DNA of 64,000 nt from Candidatus Omnitrophota bacterium (GCA_015233115.1 JADFYJ010000015.1:450-64449); one strand, 5' to 3'. Shown: positions 1 to 11,924, numbered from the stretch's first letter. The notes: a model not told the origin generated them from the sequence alone. Made by a program: numbers and translations.

Positions 1-120
1 TAAAGGATTCATGGATTCTATTTTACCTATTAAATTTACATCACATCCTTTTGCCAACTTGTTAATCCTGACCAACGGAGTATGGCCTACCGTTTTCGTG
101 ATATCATCGAATATACGCAT
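1..120 (-). CDS. cysK: Cysteine synthase A, N-terminal part (runs off the window)
   Basis: Manual translation from ATG at 120: MRIFDDITKTVGHTPLVRINKLAKGCDVNLIGKIESMNPL; G-x-TPLV and K-x-E-x-x-NP motifs of CysK; AGGAG RBS just upstream; adjacent to metY and Rrf2 regulator. Confidence 0.85.
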   Translation of the reverse strand, partial: MRIFDDITKTVGHTPLVRINKLAKGCDVNLIGKIESMNPL

Positions 121-137
121 ACGAGCTCCTGATTTAT

Positions 138-1743
<1,606 letters not shown>

Positions 1744-2181
1744 TTAAATTGTATAATCCAATGGTTTTAATTTCTTATTGGCCATATTCACCATATCCGC
1801 CAAAGTATATTCTTCAAAAATTTTAGAAATCGATTGCGACACTTCTTTCCAAATCACCTGCGCAATGCATTCCCCGCTACGGCCGCATATAGCGTCATTA
1901 TCCACGCAATCGACCAAAACAATCGGCCCTTCCAGCGTGGATACGATGTCTTTCAATGTTATTTCTTTAGGAAATTTTGCCAGCATGTATCCGCCATGCG
2001 CGCCTCTCACCGTCGATACTAGCCCAGCATTCTTTAACGCAGGCACTAATTGCCATAGATATTTTTCAGAAATATTTTGACGCAGAGCAATATCCCGCAA
2101 TAAGATAGGGCCATGGCCAAAATTCATGGCCAAGTCCAGTAAAAACCGCAAACCATATCGCCCGCGAGTTGTAAGCTTCAT
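1744..2181 (-). CDS. Rrf2 family transcriptional regulator (CymR/IscR-like)
   Basis: MKLTTRGRYGLR start, RGAHGGY wing motif, three Cys (C-x6-C-x5-C); upstream of sulfur amino-acid genes. Confidence 0.9.
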   Translation of the reverse strand: MKLTTRGRYGLRFLLDLAMNFGHGPILLRDIALRQNISEKYLWQLVPALKNAGLVSTVRGAHGGYMLAKFPKEITLKDIVSTLEGPIVLVDCVDNDAICGRSGECIAQVIWKEVSQSISKIFEEYTLADMVNMANKKLKPLDYTI

Positions 2182-2288
2182 AATAAAATTTAAAAAAACA
2201 ACTGGAACTTAAGTTAATAGAAAAAATAGTTTATTTTCAATCTAAGATTTTATAGTAATAGTAAGAGCTTTTCAATGTAAATAAAGTA

Positions 2289-3098
2289 CTACGAGGAAAT
2301 GATAGAAATTCCATGTTTATTGGCAAGTTTAATCGTTCGCTCTCTATCGATGATGATAGTTTTTCCGGATTCAATGGCTAAGCAGCAACATTTAGATTTT
2401 ATCATGTTCTGAACAGTGCGTGGGCCAATGACCGGCACGTCAAAACGGGAATCTTGTTTGGGTTTGCTCATTTTAACCACTACCGCCCCGCGGCGCGAAA
2501 TATGTCCTCCCCGCAAAATTGTTTTATCTGTTCCTTCCATGGCTTCGATGGCTACAATCGCTTTTTCTTTAACAACGACCGTCTGCCCCACATCCATACC
2601 GCCCATTTGTTTTGCCAAATCCCGGCCAAAACCTATATCCGTCAATTCAGTTTGTGTTGGACCCCGGCGGGTCAAAGTCCCTTTAGGCGCCAAATAATCT
2701 TTGATTAAAGCCGTGGAATCCATGAGCGTCATTCCGTATTCGCTTAATTTATTTCCTATAGCTGAAAAAATAGTATCTGCCTTACGATCCGTCATAGTTT
2801 GAAATAATTTTTGAATTTCTTCGTCATAAGGCACGGAAGGATTAAATAAATTCTTTTGGCTGACTTGGCCAGCCATGATGACTTGTCTCACCCCACGGGA
2901 ACGGAGGTATTCAAAACTTTTTTTGAGGTCGCTCGCCCAAAACATTTGCAATTCATTGACAAAAAAACGCAGAAAAAAAGATGTATCGCCTTTGATCCCC
3001 ATGGCTACGACATGATATCCCTGGCTTCGAGCCTGCTGAGCGAATAAAATAGGGAATTGACCGTTGCCGGCAATAAGGCCAAGAATTTTTTCAGACAT
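2289..3098 (-). CDS. lpxI: UDP-2,3-diacylglucosamine diphosphatase LpxI
   Basis: GLIAGNGQFP, DVGQTVVV, AIEAMEGTD, QDSRFDVPVIG motifs; follows lpxA. Confidence 0.9.
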   Translation of the reverse strand: MSEKILGLIAGNGQFPILFAQQARSQGYHVVAMGIKGDTSFFLRFFVNELQMFWASDLKKSFEYLRSRGVRQVIMAGQVSQKNLFNPSVPYDEEIQKLFQTMTDRKADTIFSAIGNKLSEYGMTLMDSTALIKDYLAPKGTLTRRGPTQTELTDIGFGRDLAKQMGGMDVGQTVVVKEKAIVAIEAMEGTDKTILRGGHISRRGAVVVKMSKPKQDSRFDVPVIGPRTVQNMIKSKCCCLAIESGKTIIIDRERTIKLANKHGISIISS

Positions 3099-3140
3099 AA
3101 ATTACAACAAAGTTTATTAATTCACACTATAATTTTTTAT

Positions 3141-3234
3141 GTTGTTTGCATTCACTACGGGTATACGATCCATGCTCAAACAGGCCTGACGGCGAACTGC
3201 GCGCGGACATATACCCTCCGTTCACACAAACAAC
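3141..3234 (-). ncRNA. Candidate structured RNA / palindromic element (long interrupted hairpin) between lpxA and lpxI
   Basis: On the minus strand GUUGUUUGUG/UGCAAACAAC, GGGUAUAUG/CGUAUACCC and UCCGCGC/GCAUGGA stack into one hairpin with G-U pairs that only work on this strand. Confidence 0.4.
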
Positions 3235-3284
3235 GCTTATCTCAATTAAATCATTTTTTTCTACTTTGTACTCTGTACTTTTTC

Positions 3285-4091
3285 TTACTCTTCTCCAGCA
3301 TGAGCGCCGCTCAGCATGCCCCGCTTTGAAGTCTTGGCGAAAAAAACCAGATGCTGAAGTTCCGGAACCAATTTCAGTTCTCTCTCGATCTTTTCCAGCG
3401 CGGTTTTCTTAGCCAAACCCGAACGGAATAGGATTCTCACTGCTTGTTTGAGCAAAGTCAAAGTTTCCGAACTGATTCCCGCCCGTTTAAGGCCAACGGT
3501 ATTCAAGCCGATTACTTTGGCCGGATGTCCGTCGCATAAACAAAACGGCGGCAAATCCTGAGGCACTTTACTGCAGCCGCCTATCATACTTAACCGTCCT
3601 AAACGGGTAAATTGATGAACTGCCCCAAAACCCGCAATGACGACATTATCCTCAACAACCACATGTCCAGCTAAAGAAGCATTATTAGCCATGATGCAGT
3701 TATTTCCAATAATGCAATCATGCGCGATATGGCAATAGGCCATAATCCAATTATTATTTCCTAAAACAGTTTGAGACCCGCCATCAACAGTGCCGGGATT
3801 AATTGTCACATATTCACGGATCACATTATTGTCGCCAATGTTCAAAAAAACATTATCATCCGCTGAATGTTTTTTATCCTGAGGCGGACTGCCCACGACC
3901 GCGCCGGTATAAATTTTACAATTCATCCCTAACTTGGTTTGGCCGGTCACCACCACATGATTTCCAATAACGGTATGATCGCCAATAACCACATCCGGGC
4001 CAATGATCGCATACGGCCCGATCTTCACTCCGGGAGATATTTTAGCCTTAGGATCAACAATAGCTGTTTCGTGTATCGATATATTTTCCAT
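3285..4091 (-). CDS. lpxA: Acyl-ACP--UDP-N-acetylglucosamine O-acyltransferase
   Basis: Hexapeptide repeats, IREYVTI, HIAHDC, VHQF motifs; ATG at 4091 preferred over GTG 4100. Confidence 0.95.
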   Translation of the reverse strand: MENISIHETAIVDPKAKISPGVKIGPYAIIGPDVVIGDHTVIGNHVVVTGQTKLGMNCKIYTGAVVGSPPQDKKHSADDNVFLNIGDNNVIREYVTINPGTVDGGSQTVLGNNNWIMAYCHIAHDCIIGNNCIMANNASLAGHVVVEDNVVIAGFGAVHQFTRLGRLSMIGGCSKVPQDLPPFCLCDGHPAKVIGLNTVGLKRAGISSETLTLLKQAVRILFRSGLAKKTALEKIERELKLVPELQHLVFFAKTSKRGMLSGAHAGEE

Positions 4092-4133
4092 TACCTTCAC
4101 CTTTTGAATATTTCCAATTAATATACCACAAAA

Positions 4134-5447
4134 CTATTCCAATGCAAATTTCATTTCTGCTTCAACCGCCACATCTGGTCCGACCTTCCCCACTACCTTC
4201 GCCTGCGCAATACGGCTTTTCGCTTTGACGATTTCAATTTCCATAATTAATTGATCTCCCGGAACAACCATGCGGCGAAACTTAACCGCATCCACGGTTA
4301 AAAACAACGGGACTTTGCCTAAGTTTTCTTCCATGCTTAACAAACAAACTCCCACTGTCTGCGCCATAGCTTCCAGCATCAAAACACCAGGCATAACCGG
4401 TTTTCCCGGAAAATGACCGGTAAAAAATTGTTCATTCATGGAAACATTCTTGATGCCTACTGCTTTTTTTCCACGTTCTGTTTCTACCACCCTGTCAACC
4501 AACAAAAAAGGATATCGATGAGGAATAATTTTCATGATATCCTCAACACGAAATTCACGCTGGCCTTGAGCCGTAAAAACCGGTACAAAATTTTGAGCCT
4601 TAGATTTTTGATTTAACAACGCGATCTTTTGAACCAATTTAAAATTCAGGTCATGCCCGCTTTTTAAACCGACAAAATGCCCTTTGATGGGCTTCCCCAG
4701 CATAGAAAGATCTCCTAATAAATCCAGGGCCTTATGCCGGGCCGGTTCGTCGGGAAATCTCAGTTGATTATCCAAAACATGGTCATCCGAAAAAACCAGA
4801 GCGTTTTTGGTGCTAGCGCCTTTTGCTAATCCCTGCTCCCGTAAAAAAGCCACTTCCCGCTCCATGCAAAAAGTCCGCGCGCCTGCCAATTTTTCCGCGT
4901 AATTATTTTGATCCACCACCATCTCAAAAAATTGCGTCCCTAAAAGAGGATGGTCATAATCCAATGTATAAGAAATTTTTAATTCATCGCACGGAAAAGC
5001 GAAAATAGAACTATTTTTTCCATCAACGCCCACAGGTTCTAATATTTTAATATACGTCCGGTCCGCTTTCTGCTCCACCAGGCCGGCGGATTTGATCGCG
5101 TTCATAAATTCCAGACCGCTTCCGTCGAGAATGGGCGTCTCGGAAGCGTCAATTTCAACCGTGACATTATCCACGTTCAAGCCTGACAACGCGCTCATTA
5201 AATGTTCAATCGTGTAAACCACAGCAGGACCATTTTTAATGCCGGTACAGCGGTCATATTCTTCCCCTACTGTCACATTTTCCGGACAAATATTTATGGC
5301 TGGCCGTCCTGGAAGATCAGTACGAATAAATATAATCCCCTGATTATCCAAAGCAGGCTTTAAAACCATGTGCACCGGCTGACCTGTATGAACGCCAACC
5401 CCGGCAATTTTTATTTCCGACGCTATAGTTTGTTGTTTTTCAGACAT
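4134..5447 (-). CDS. lpxC-fabZ: Bifunctional LpxC (UDP-3-O-acyl-GlcNAc deacetylase) / FabZ (3-hydroxyacyl-ACP dehydratase)
   Basis: N-terminal GVGVHTG, TIEHLMSAL, RHKALDLLGDL (LpxC); C-terminal IPHRYPFLLVDR, GHFPGKPVMPGVL (FabZ). Confidence 0.95.
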   Translation of the reverse strand: MSEKQQTIASEIKIAGVGVHTGQPVHMVLKPALDNQGIIFIRTDLPGRPAINICPENVTVGEEYDRCTGIKNGPAVVYTIEHLMSALSGLNVDNVTVEIDASETPILDGSGLEFMNAIKSAGLVEQKADRTYIKILEPVGVDGKNSSIFAFPCDELKISYTLDYDHPLLGTQFFEMVVDQNNYAEKLAGARTFCMEREVAFLREQGLAKGASTKNALVFSDDHVLDNQLRFPDEPARHKALDLLGDLSMLGKPIKGHFVGLKSGHDLNFKLVQKIALLNQKSKAQNFVPVFTAQGQREFRVEDIMKIIPHRYPFLLVDRVVETERGKKAVGIKNVSMNEQFFTGHFPGKPVMPGVLMLEAMAQTVGVCLLSMEENLGKVPLFLTVDAVKFRRMVVPGDQLIMEIEIVKAKSRIAQAKVVGKVGPDVAVEAEMKFALE

Positions 5448-5464
5448 TAATTGGATCCTCTAAC

Positions 5465-5705
5465 GTATATAGTATGTGGTATGTCGTATATGGTGAAAAA
5501 TTTTAAAAAACTAAAATAGATAAAAATATATATACTTTAGTCGGGAAAGTCAATAACCACGTCAAAAAATCACGCTAGTTTATCTTAAAATAATTTAGCT
5601 TATATTTATTGTTTACGAATTATTCCCACTAATCGCTTTTGCCCTGAATATTTCTTAAATCGTTTTTCACTACATACCACATACCACATACCACATACGA
5701 CATAC
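5465..5705. repeat. Intergenic element bounded by inverted arrays of the 7-mer GTATGT(G/C/A)
   Basis: Left gtatata gtatgtg gtatgtc gtatatg gtgaaaaa (5465-5500); right aatcgtttttcac tacatac cacatac cacatac cacatac gacatac (5658-5705). Confidence 0.9.
5525..5553 (-). promoter_or_regulatory. Candidate sigma70 promoter for lpxC-fabZ inside the repeat element
   Basis: TTGACT (5548-5553) - 17 bp - TATATT (5525-5530) on minus strand. Confidence 0.5.
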
Positions 5706-6733
5706 TATTTTTTATTCTCTAACTGTTCCACTTTAAATTTCAATTCTTTAATCTGCTCGACATAATGAGCTAAACGGCTTAACATGGCATTTAATTTTTT
5801 CGCCTCATCCATTGGTCGAGCCGGATACCCAAACACCACAGATTGCGGAGGCAGGGATTTTGAAACGCCTGATTGAGCGGCAACAATGCTATTAGCTCCA
5901 ATTGTTAAATGTCCAGCAATTCCCACTTGGCCAGCCAATATGGAATTACGCTCGATCTTTGAACTCCCAGATATCCCCACTTGAGAGACAATAATACAAT
6001 TTTCTTCAATAACCACGTTATGGGCAATTTGTACTAAATTATCTATCTTAGTTCCTCTCCCAATAAAAGTTTTATCAAACCGCGCCCGGTCTATGGTCAC
6101 ATTTGCACCAATTTCAACATCATCTTCGACCACAACAGTACCAACTTGCGGGATCTTCTGGTGTTTTCCATTCACAGTCACATATCCAAATCCGTCAGAA
6201 CCAACCACTGTCCCGCTATGGATGATCACCCGATCGCCGATCAATATTTTTTCTCTGATCGTGACATGTGGATAAATAAAAGTATTGTTACCAATACACG
6301 CTTTAAATCCAATATAGGATCCAGCGCCGATTGTAGTATTATCCCCCACCACAGCTTGCGGTTCAATAACGGCAAAAGGCCCCACATTTACATTTTTCCC
6401 CAATTGCGCGTCCGTGCTTATGACGGAAGACGGATGAATACCGTTAACACGATATTCATCCTCTGCGACAAAGAGAGTCATTATTTTGGAGAAAGCCAAA
6501 GATGGGTTATCGACCCGGATCAAATTCTTACGGGGAATATCGGTTTTTTGATCAACAATAATTCCGCCCGCGCGAGTGACTTGAGCTAATGGCGCGTATT
6601 TAGGATTAGCTAAAAATGTCAAATCGTCAGGACCCGCGTCCTGAATCCCGCTCAAGGAAGCAATCGCGGCTTTTTCATCTCCGCAAACCGTTCCGCCGAC
6701 CAATTGAGCGATTTCGCCTAAAGTTTTTAACAT
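5705..6733 (-). CDS. lpxD: UDP-3-O-(3-hydroxymyristoyl)glucosamine N-acyltransferase
   Basis: [26 protein letters not shown] motifs. Confidence 0.95.
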   Translation of the reverse strand: MLKTLGEIAQLVGGTVCGDEKAAIASLSGIQDAGPDDLTFLANPKYAPLAQVTRAGGIIVDQKTDIPRKNLIRVDNPSLAFSKIMTLFVAEDEYRVNGIHPSSVISTDAQLGKNVNVGPFAVIEPQAVVGDNTTIGAGSYIGFKACIGNNTFIYPHVTIREKILIGDRVIIHSGTVVGSDGFGYVTVNGKHQKIPQVGTVVVEDDVEIGANVTIDRARFDKTFIGRGTKIDNLVQIAHNVVIEENCIIVSQVGISGSSKIERNSILAGQVGIAGHLTIGANSIVAAQSGVSKSLPPQSVVFGYPARPMDEAKKLNAMLSRLAHYVEQIKELKFKVEQLENKK

Positions 6734-6737
6734 GGAA

Positions 6738-7250
6738 CTATTTCTTAGGCTGCGCGTCGTTTAAAATTTTTAAAATTTCTTCTGTGACATTAAAAGCATC
6801 ATTGCCATAGATCAAAACGCGATCATTCAAAACTAATGAAAAACCTTCTTTCGTCGCATAAGAACTGACGATTTTTTCAATTTCTAACAGAATCTCGCTA
6901 ATTTTTTTATTGCGTTCTTTAGTCAACTCGGTTTTTTGCTGACGATCAAAATCCAGTAAATCCTGCTTCATTTTTTCAATCGTTTTTTCCTGTTCAGCTT
7001 TTTTATCTTCTTTTAAGACCGATAGTTTACTTTCCAAATCACGGATAGCATCGACCTTTTCTTTAGTTGATTTTTCATAATCCTGTTGTTTCGCGGATAA
7101 TACCTTATCATATTCTTTGGTTTTATAATATTCATCAAATAAACGGCTCAAGTCCGCATATCCGATTTTTTTCAATTCTGCGGCATGAACAGTCGTAGTC
7201 CATAAACCTACCGCCACCAAAAGAGTTAAAATAATTCCTAATTTTTTCAT
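6738..7250 (-). CDS. skp: OmpH/Skp periplasmic chaperone
   Basis: Signal peptide MKKLGII..., KIGYADL motif, between bamA and lpxD; true start ATG 7250 with AGGAGG RBS (ORF-track extension to 7355 is the repeat element). Confidence 0.88.
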   Translation of the reverse strand: MKKLGIILTLLVAVGLWTTTVHAAELKKIGYADLSRLFDEYYKTKEYDKVLSAKQQDYEKSTKEKVDAIRDLESKLSVLKEDKKAEQEKTIEKMKQDLLDFDRQQKTELTKERNKKISEILLEIEKIVSSYATKEGFSLVLNDRVLIYGNDAFNVTEEILKILNDAQPKK

Positions 7251-7275
7251 TGAAACTTCCCTCCTAAAATTAATT

Positions 7276-7378
7276 TTGTTGGTTGTTGGTTGTTGGTTGT
7301 TGGTTATTGGTTGTTGGTTGTTGACATCAAAACTTTCGTTTTTTCCAAAAACCAAAAACTATAAACCATCAACCATAA
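7276..7378. repeat. Intergenic element bounded by inverted arrays of the 7-mer GGTTGTT/AACCAAA type
   Basis: (ttgttgg)x6 on left preceded by taattttg; ttcgttttttcc then aaaaacc/aaaaact/ataaacc/atcaacc on right. Confidence 0.85.
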
Positions 7379-7390
7379 ATTACCTCTCTT

Positions 7391-9778
7391 CTAGAACCCT
7401 CTACTTACACTAAAATAAAATTTCCCACTCTTGGATTTGCTTTCATCACCTGGTTGAGCGCTAAGCGGAAACCCATAGTCCAAATTAATCGGCCCAATGG
7501 GAGTTTTAACTCTCGCGCCAAACCCAAAGCCCGACTTAAGACCACCTTTACCAATATCGCCTGGGCTAGCCCAAACATTACCCGTATCAAAAAATCCTGC
7601 TAATTTAAAGAAATCAACAATCGGAACTGTCAATTCTATGTTTCCAATCAGCATGCTGTCCCCGCCGATAGGATCTTTTGTGACAGAATCAATCGGCCCA
7701 ATACTGCGTTCGTCATACCCACGAATGGTCCTAGCACCGCCGGCAAAAAACCGTTCAAAAATCGGAACTTTATCTGAATTACCATACGCGTCCATATATC
7801 CGCCACGGCCGCGCAGTTCAACTACCAAACCATATTTTAACGGCACATAATAACTGTTATCTGTTTTTAAACGATAAAAATTCTTATCGCCGGAAAACGG
7901 CCCGCCAGCCAAATCCGTTCCATTGTCTGTAACCCAGCCTTTAGTCGGACTAAACACATTATCACGGGAATCACGTTTGATCGAAGCCCCCATCATACTG
8001 ATCTGGCTGTGTCCCTCTTCAGCTCTTAAATCTGCCGACACATTATCTTCCAAGTTACCAATTTTGACCCATTCATGTTTATACGACAAACCGCCCGACC
8101 AATATTCTGAAAATTGTTTCCCCAAGCGCAAAACTTGTCCTACGCGTTCTTCATCGTATATATAACCTGAGCTATTATCCCGGGAATGAACAGTCCGGTA
8201 TAAATCAAACCCGGCGGAAACAGGATGATCAAATAGCCACGGTTCTGTGAAACTTAACAATAAATTATTTTTCGTTGACCCTGCTTCAGCACGTAACGTC
8301 AATTGCTGGCCAGCTCCGGTAAAAGTCGGCCATTTTGCAAAATCGAAATTGCGTTGTTCAATTTCCACAAAACCAACCACTTTATCTACCGTACTGTACC
8401 CGCCGCCAAAACTGAATGACCCGGTTTTGGCTTCCTTCACATCAACCAGCAAATTTTTTCGGTCCGGCGCAGACGTGTCTTCCATATCAAAATTCACTTC
8501 ATCAAAATAACCCAGATTGGTCAACCGTTCTTTACTGCGCCGAAGTTTACCACCGTCAAACCGGTCGCCAGGGTATAACTTTAATTCCCGGCGGATAACA
8601 ATATCCCGGGTGCGGGAATTCCCTTGAATCTTAACTTTTTCAATATAAGCCAAACGCCCTTCATCAATATTTAACGTCACATCCACTTTAGCGAGTTTTG
8701 AATCAATCCCGGCTTCATCTTTGATATTAGCAAAAATGTAACCTTGATCAAAATATAAATTACGGACATCCGCGATATCCAAAGATAATTTTTGCCGGCT
8801 GAAATATCCGCCTTCATAAGTGTTTTTTAACGCGGTGTGAATCTGTTTTCCAGAAATTATTTTATTTCCAGCAATTTTCAGACTGCTGACCACATAACGC
8901 TTTCCTTCATCAATTTTAACATCAATTTGAATCCAGCCTTTTTGCATCTTATCGACGGAATACACAGCTGTCGCGTCGATAAAACCTTTTTGTTCATAGA
9001 AGGAGGCAATACGTTCCATATCCTCATCCAAAGTCTCTTGCTTTAAAATACCAGAACGGAACCAATTTTTCGTCCGAGTCTTAACCTGTTTCATGACAAC
9101 GCCGTCGCTAAATGTATTATTACCCAAAATATTAATTTTCTTAATCCTGATTTTCTGCCCTTCTTCAATAATAAAATGAAGACTAACTTTATTCGTTACC
9201 TCATCCACCGACTGCTCAACATCCACCTGAGCATTCGTCAAACCCTTCTTCACATACATATCCTTAATCTTTTCCACATCTTCTTTAAGAACTTTCGTGT
9301 CTAAAAACCGGCCCAATTTCGTTTGAATTTTTGTTTTTAATACTTTACTGCTGATATATCTGGTTTTAGAAAAAGACACATCCTCAATCAATTTTTTCTC
9401 GTCCAATAAAAAAATAACCTTAAAACCGCTTTCAAAATCTTGACGGTCAACCCGGACATCGGAAAAATAGCCAGTGTTATACAAACGCTTAAGATCATCG
9501 CTCACAATATTTTGCACATATTCTTGACTCACGCGGGTCTTGATCTTGGATAATATCGTAGCCAAGCTGATGGTTTTATTGCCTTTAACTTCAATCGCTG
9601 TCACCATTTTCTTGACTTCAGGGGATTCCGCAGCAGGCACCGTTGCCTCAGCAGGCGCGGGAACAGACGCGGCTTGAGGAATAGTCCCGGATGGTTCCGG
9701 CTGATTCTGTTGAGCCGCCGCGATACTGGCGAAAATGATTAAATTAACAAGCAGAAGGAAAGATAGTATTTTTTTCAT
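7391..9778 (-). CDS. bamA: Outer membrane protein assembly factor BamA
   Basis: POTRA repeats, GGARTIRGY motif, C-terminal Phe; start re-assigned to MKKILSF at 9778. Confidence 0.95.
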   Translation of the reverse strand: MKKILSFLLLVNLIIFASIAAAQQNQPEPSGTIPQAASVPAPAEATVPAAESPEVKKMVTAIEVKGNKTISLATILSKIKTRVSQEYVQNIVSDDLKRLYNTGYFSDVRVDRQDFESGFKVIFLLDEKKLIEDVSFSKTRYISSKVLKTKIQTKLGRFLDTKVLKEDVEKIKDMYVKKGLTNAQVDVEQSVDEVTNKVSLHFIIEEGQKIRIKKINILGNNTFSDGVVMKQVKTRTKNWFRSGILKQETLDEDMERIASFYEQKGFIDATAVYSVDKMQKGWIQIDVKIDEGKRYVVSSLKIAGNKIISGKQIHTALKNTYEGGYFSRQKLSLDIADVRNLYFDQGYIFANIKDEAGIDSKLAKVDVTLNIDEGRLAYIEKVKIQGNSRTRDIVIRRELKLYPGDRFDGGKLRRSKERLTNLGYFDEVNFDMEDTSAPDRKNLLVDVKEAKTGSFSFGGGYSTVDKVVGFVEIEQRNFDFAKWPTFTGAGQQLTLRAEAGSTKNNLLLSFTEPWLFDHPVSAGFDLYRTVHSRDNSSGYIYDEERVGQVLRLGKQFSEYWSGGLSYKHEWVKIGNLEDNVSADLRAEEGHSQISMMGASIKRDSRDNVFSPTKGWVTDNGTDLAGGPFSGDKNFYRLKTDNSYYVPLKYGLVVELRGRGGYMDAYGNSDKVPIFERFFAGGARTIRGYDERSIGPIDSVTKDPIGGDSMLIGNIELTVPIVDFFKLAGFFDTGNVWASPGDIGKGGLKSGFGFGARVKTPIGPINLDYGFPLSAQPGDESKSKSGKFYFSVSRGF

Positions 9779-9803
9779 AGGCCTCAAGGATATTGGAATA
9801 TAT

Positions 9804-9901
9804 TGGTTTATGGTTAAAAAAATGGTTAATGGTTTTTGGTTGTTGGTTTTTGGTTGTTGAATTTTTTTGTAATTATTAACCAAAAGCTAAAAACCAATAA
9901 C
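9804..9901. repeat. GGTT-type 7-mer inverted-array element in the bamA leader
   Basis: tggttta tggttaa ... tggtttt tggttgt tggtttt tggttgt followed by aaccaaa agctaaa aaccaat aac. Confidence 0.75.
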
Positions 9902-9941
9902 TCTTTCACCGTTTTATTAATGATCTTTTTTAATTGGTCTG

Positions 9942-9970
9942 ATTATAAAGTCATAGGCATATGATGTCAA
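9942..9970 (-). promoter_or_regulatory. Consensus sigma70 promoter for the bamA-skp-lpx operon
   Basis: TTGACA (9965-9970) - 17 bp - TATAAT (9942-9947) on minus strand. Confidence 0.8.
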
Positions 9971-10102
9971 CATTTGACTGGAATTTTTACTACGATTTTT
10001 AAAGCATGAGACGATAGATTATAGTCGACGGGTAATATAATTTGAATTTCAAATTTTTATTGTTAATTTTGGGCTCTTATTTTTAAAAAAGAGCTTCTCC
10101 CC

Positions 10103-10143
10103 ATTCGCTTTTTCCAAAAACCAACAACCATCAACCAAAAACC
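10103..10143. repeat. Single right arm of GGTT-type element just after dnaB stop
   Basis: attcgctttttcc aaaaacc aacaacc atcaacc aaaaacc. Confidence 0.8.
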
Positions 10144-10149
10144 TTCAAG

Positions 10150-11481
10150 TTAAGAATTGTGCGCCAAATTTTCAAATCGAATAAATTCTTTGGCAAATTG
10201 CAATTTGACACTACCAACAGGACCATTACGTTGTTTGGCCATGATGACTTCGGCAATGCCTTTATTTTCTTCAGTCGGATTATAATATTCTTCCCGCATA
10301 AGCAACATGACCACGTCAGCGTCCTGTTCAATCGCGCCAGATTCCCTTAAATCGGAAAGTTGAGGCCTATGGTCAGTTCGTTGTTCAACCGCCCGCGATA
10401 ACTGGCTGAGCGCCATAACTGGCACACTCAATTCCCGGGCCAAAGCTTTCAGAGAACGAGAAATTTCTGAAATTTCCTGCTGACGGCTTTCCGGCCGGCC
10501 GGAACTGCGCATGAGTTGAATATAGTCTAAAATAATCAATTGGATATCATAATTCGCTTTTAACCGACGGGCTTTAGCCCTAAGCTCCAAAGCGGAAATC
10601 GCGGGAGTGTCATCAATGATAATCGGGGCATTGGAAAGCATACCTGCGGCTTTGGTGATTTTAGGCCAATCAGATGGGGCCAAAAACCCCGACCGCACTT
10701 TGTGAGCATCAACCTTGGCTTGAGAACAAATCATACGCTGGACCACCTGCTCTTTTGACATTTCCAAACTGAAAACTGCCACCGGACGTTTATAGTCTAA
10801 CGCAACCCTCTCGCCCACAGACATGGCAAAAGCGGTTTTTCCCATAGAAGGCCTGGCTGCCACAATAATCAAATCAGACGATTGCAAGCCGGATGTCATT
10901 TTATCAATCTCATGAAACCCGGTCGGAACTCCGGTAATATGTTCTTTACGCTGATATAATTTATCGAGTTTATCAATGCTCTCTTTTACTAAATCTTTGA
11001 TAAGAAACGCTTTTTGGTGCTGCTTTAAATCCGCGACCTCAAAAATCAGCTGTTCCGCCTGATCAACGAGTTGGTCAACATCACCCTTAGCCTCGTAACA
11101 TTGAGTGACAATCTTCGTTGCATTTTTGATCAAAGCACGGAGCACACCTTTTTCTTTAACAATATGCGCGTAATGGTCAATATGCGCGGAGGTAGGGACA
11201 GACTCAAATATACTGGAGATATAAGAATGGCCTCCTGTTTTTTCCAGAAGGCCATCATTTTGCAATTTATTCGTTAACGTTAAATAGTCAACTTTTTTGC
11301 TGTCTGAATAAAGCTGAACAATCGCTCCATAAATAATACGATGCGGTTCTTCATAAAACCAATTTTCGTCCAGGATTTCGATCGCGATGCCAATGGCTTC
11401 GGAATCAAGCAGCATGGAACCCAATACCGATTTTTCTGCCTCGATATTGTGAGGTGGAATTCTTATTTCTTGGTGACCCAT
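10150..11481 (-). CDS. dnaB: Replicative DNA helicase
   Basis: PPHNIEAEKSVLGS, AARPSMGKT Walker A, DYIQLM, SDLRESGAIEQDAD. Confidence 0.97.
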   Translation of the reverse strand: MGHQEIRIPPHNIEAEKSVLGSMLLDSEAIGIAIEILDENWFYEEPHRIIYGAIVQLYSDSKKVDYLTLTNKLQNDGLLEKTGGHSYISSIFESVPTSAHIDHYAHIVKEKGVLRALIKNATKIVTQCYEAKGDVDQLVDQAEQLIFEVADLKQHQKAFLIKDLVKESIDKLDKLYQRKEHITGVPTGFHEIDKMTSGLQSSDLIIVAARPSMGKTAFAMSVGERVALDYKRPVAVFSLEMSKEQVVQRMICSQAKVDAHKVRSGFLAPSDWPKITKAAGMLSNAPIIIDDTPAISALELRAKARRLKANYDIQLIILDYIQLMRSSGRPESRQQEISEISRSLKALARELSVPVMALSQLSRAVEQRTDHRPQLSDLRESGAIEQDADVVMLLMREEYYNPTEENKGIAEVIMAKQRNGPVGSVKLQFAKEFIRFENLAHNS

Positions 11482-11906
11482 ACGCGCACTTTAGCTACCA
11501 CTTCCGGATGAATTTTTACGTTGACATCAAAAATTCCAAGCTCTTCAAGCGGCTTGGCCAGTTCGACCTGTTTTTTGTCAATCTCAAATCCTTCATTGGT
11601 TAAAACTTGTGCGATTTCTGCCGCCGTGACTGAACCATACAACTTCTCGAGGTCATTGACTTCAACCGGTATCGTGCAAGACACTTTTTCTAATTTATCA
11701 GCAAACGCCTGAGCCGCTGCTTTTTGCTTGTCATTTTCAGCTTTGCGTTTTTCTTCCAATTTGGTGATACGCTTCATGTTAGCCGGCGTAGCCAAATATG
11801 CTTTTCCGTTAGGGATCAGGAAATTACGGGCAAAACCATCTTTGACTTTAATCACCTCTCCGATTTTCCCAACGCTTGGGATATCTTCACATAAAATAAC
11901 TTCCAT
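11463..11906 (-). CDS. rplI: 50S ribosomal protein L9
   Basis: MEVIL...VKDGFARNFLIP, KLYGSVT motifs. Confidence 0.96.
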   Translation of the reverse strand: MEVILCEDIPSVGKIGEVIKVKDGFARNFLIPNGKAYLATPANMKRITKLEEKRKAENDKQKAAAQAFADKLEKVSCTIPVEVNDLEKLYGSVTAAEIAQVLTNEGFEIDKKQVELAKPLEELGIFDVNVKIHPEVVAKVRVWVTKK

Positions 11907-11924
11907 TAGTTCTCCTTTATAAAA

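Noticed and set aside
3141-3234. SRP RNA or 6S RNA
   Set aside because: TCAGG...AGCA is present but lacks the GNRA-capped stem between them; too short and no large central bubble for 6S
4134-5447. LpxC-FabZ fusion as novelty
   Set aside because: Known fusion in several phyla such as Bacteroidota and Verrucomicrobiota
7251-7355. N-terminal extensions of skp (also bamA 9779-9883, hisG 20938-21042, spoVG, GH5, hybrid kinase)
   Set aside because: Downstream ATGs have RBS and match expected family starts; extensions run through repeats or overlap upstream genes
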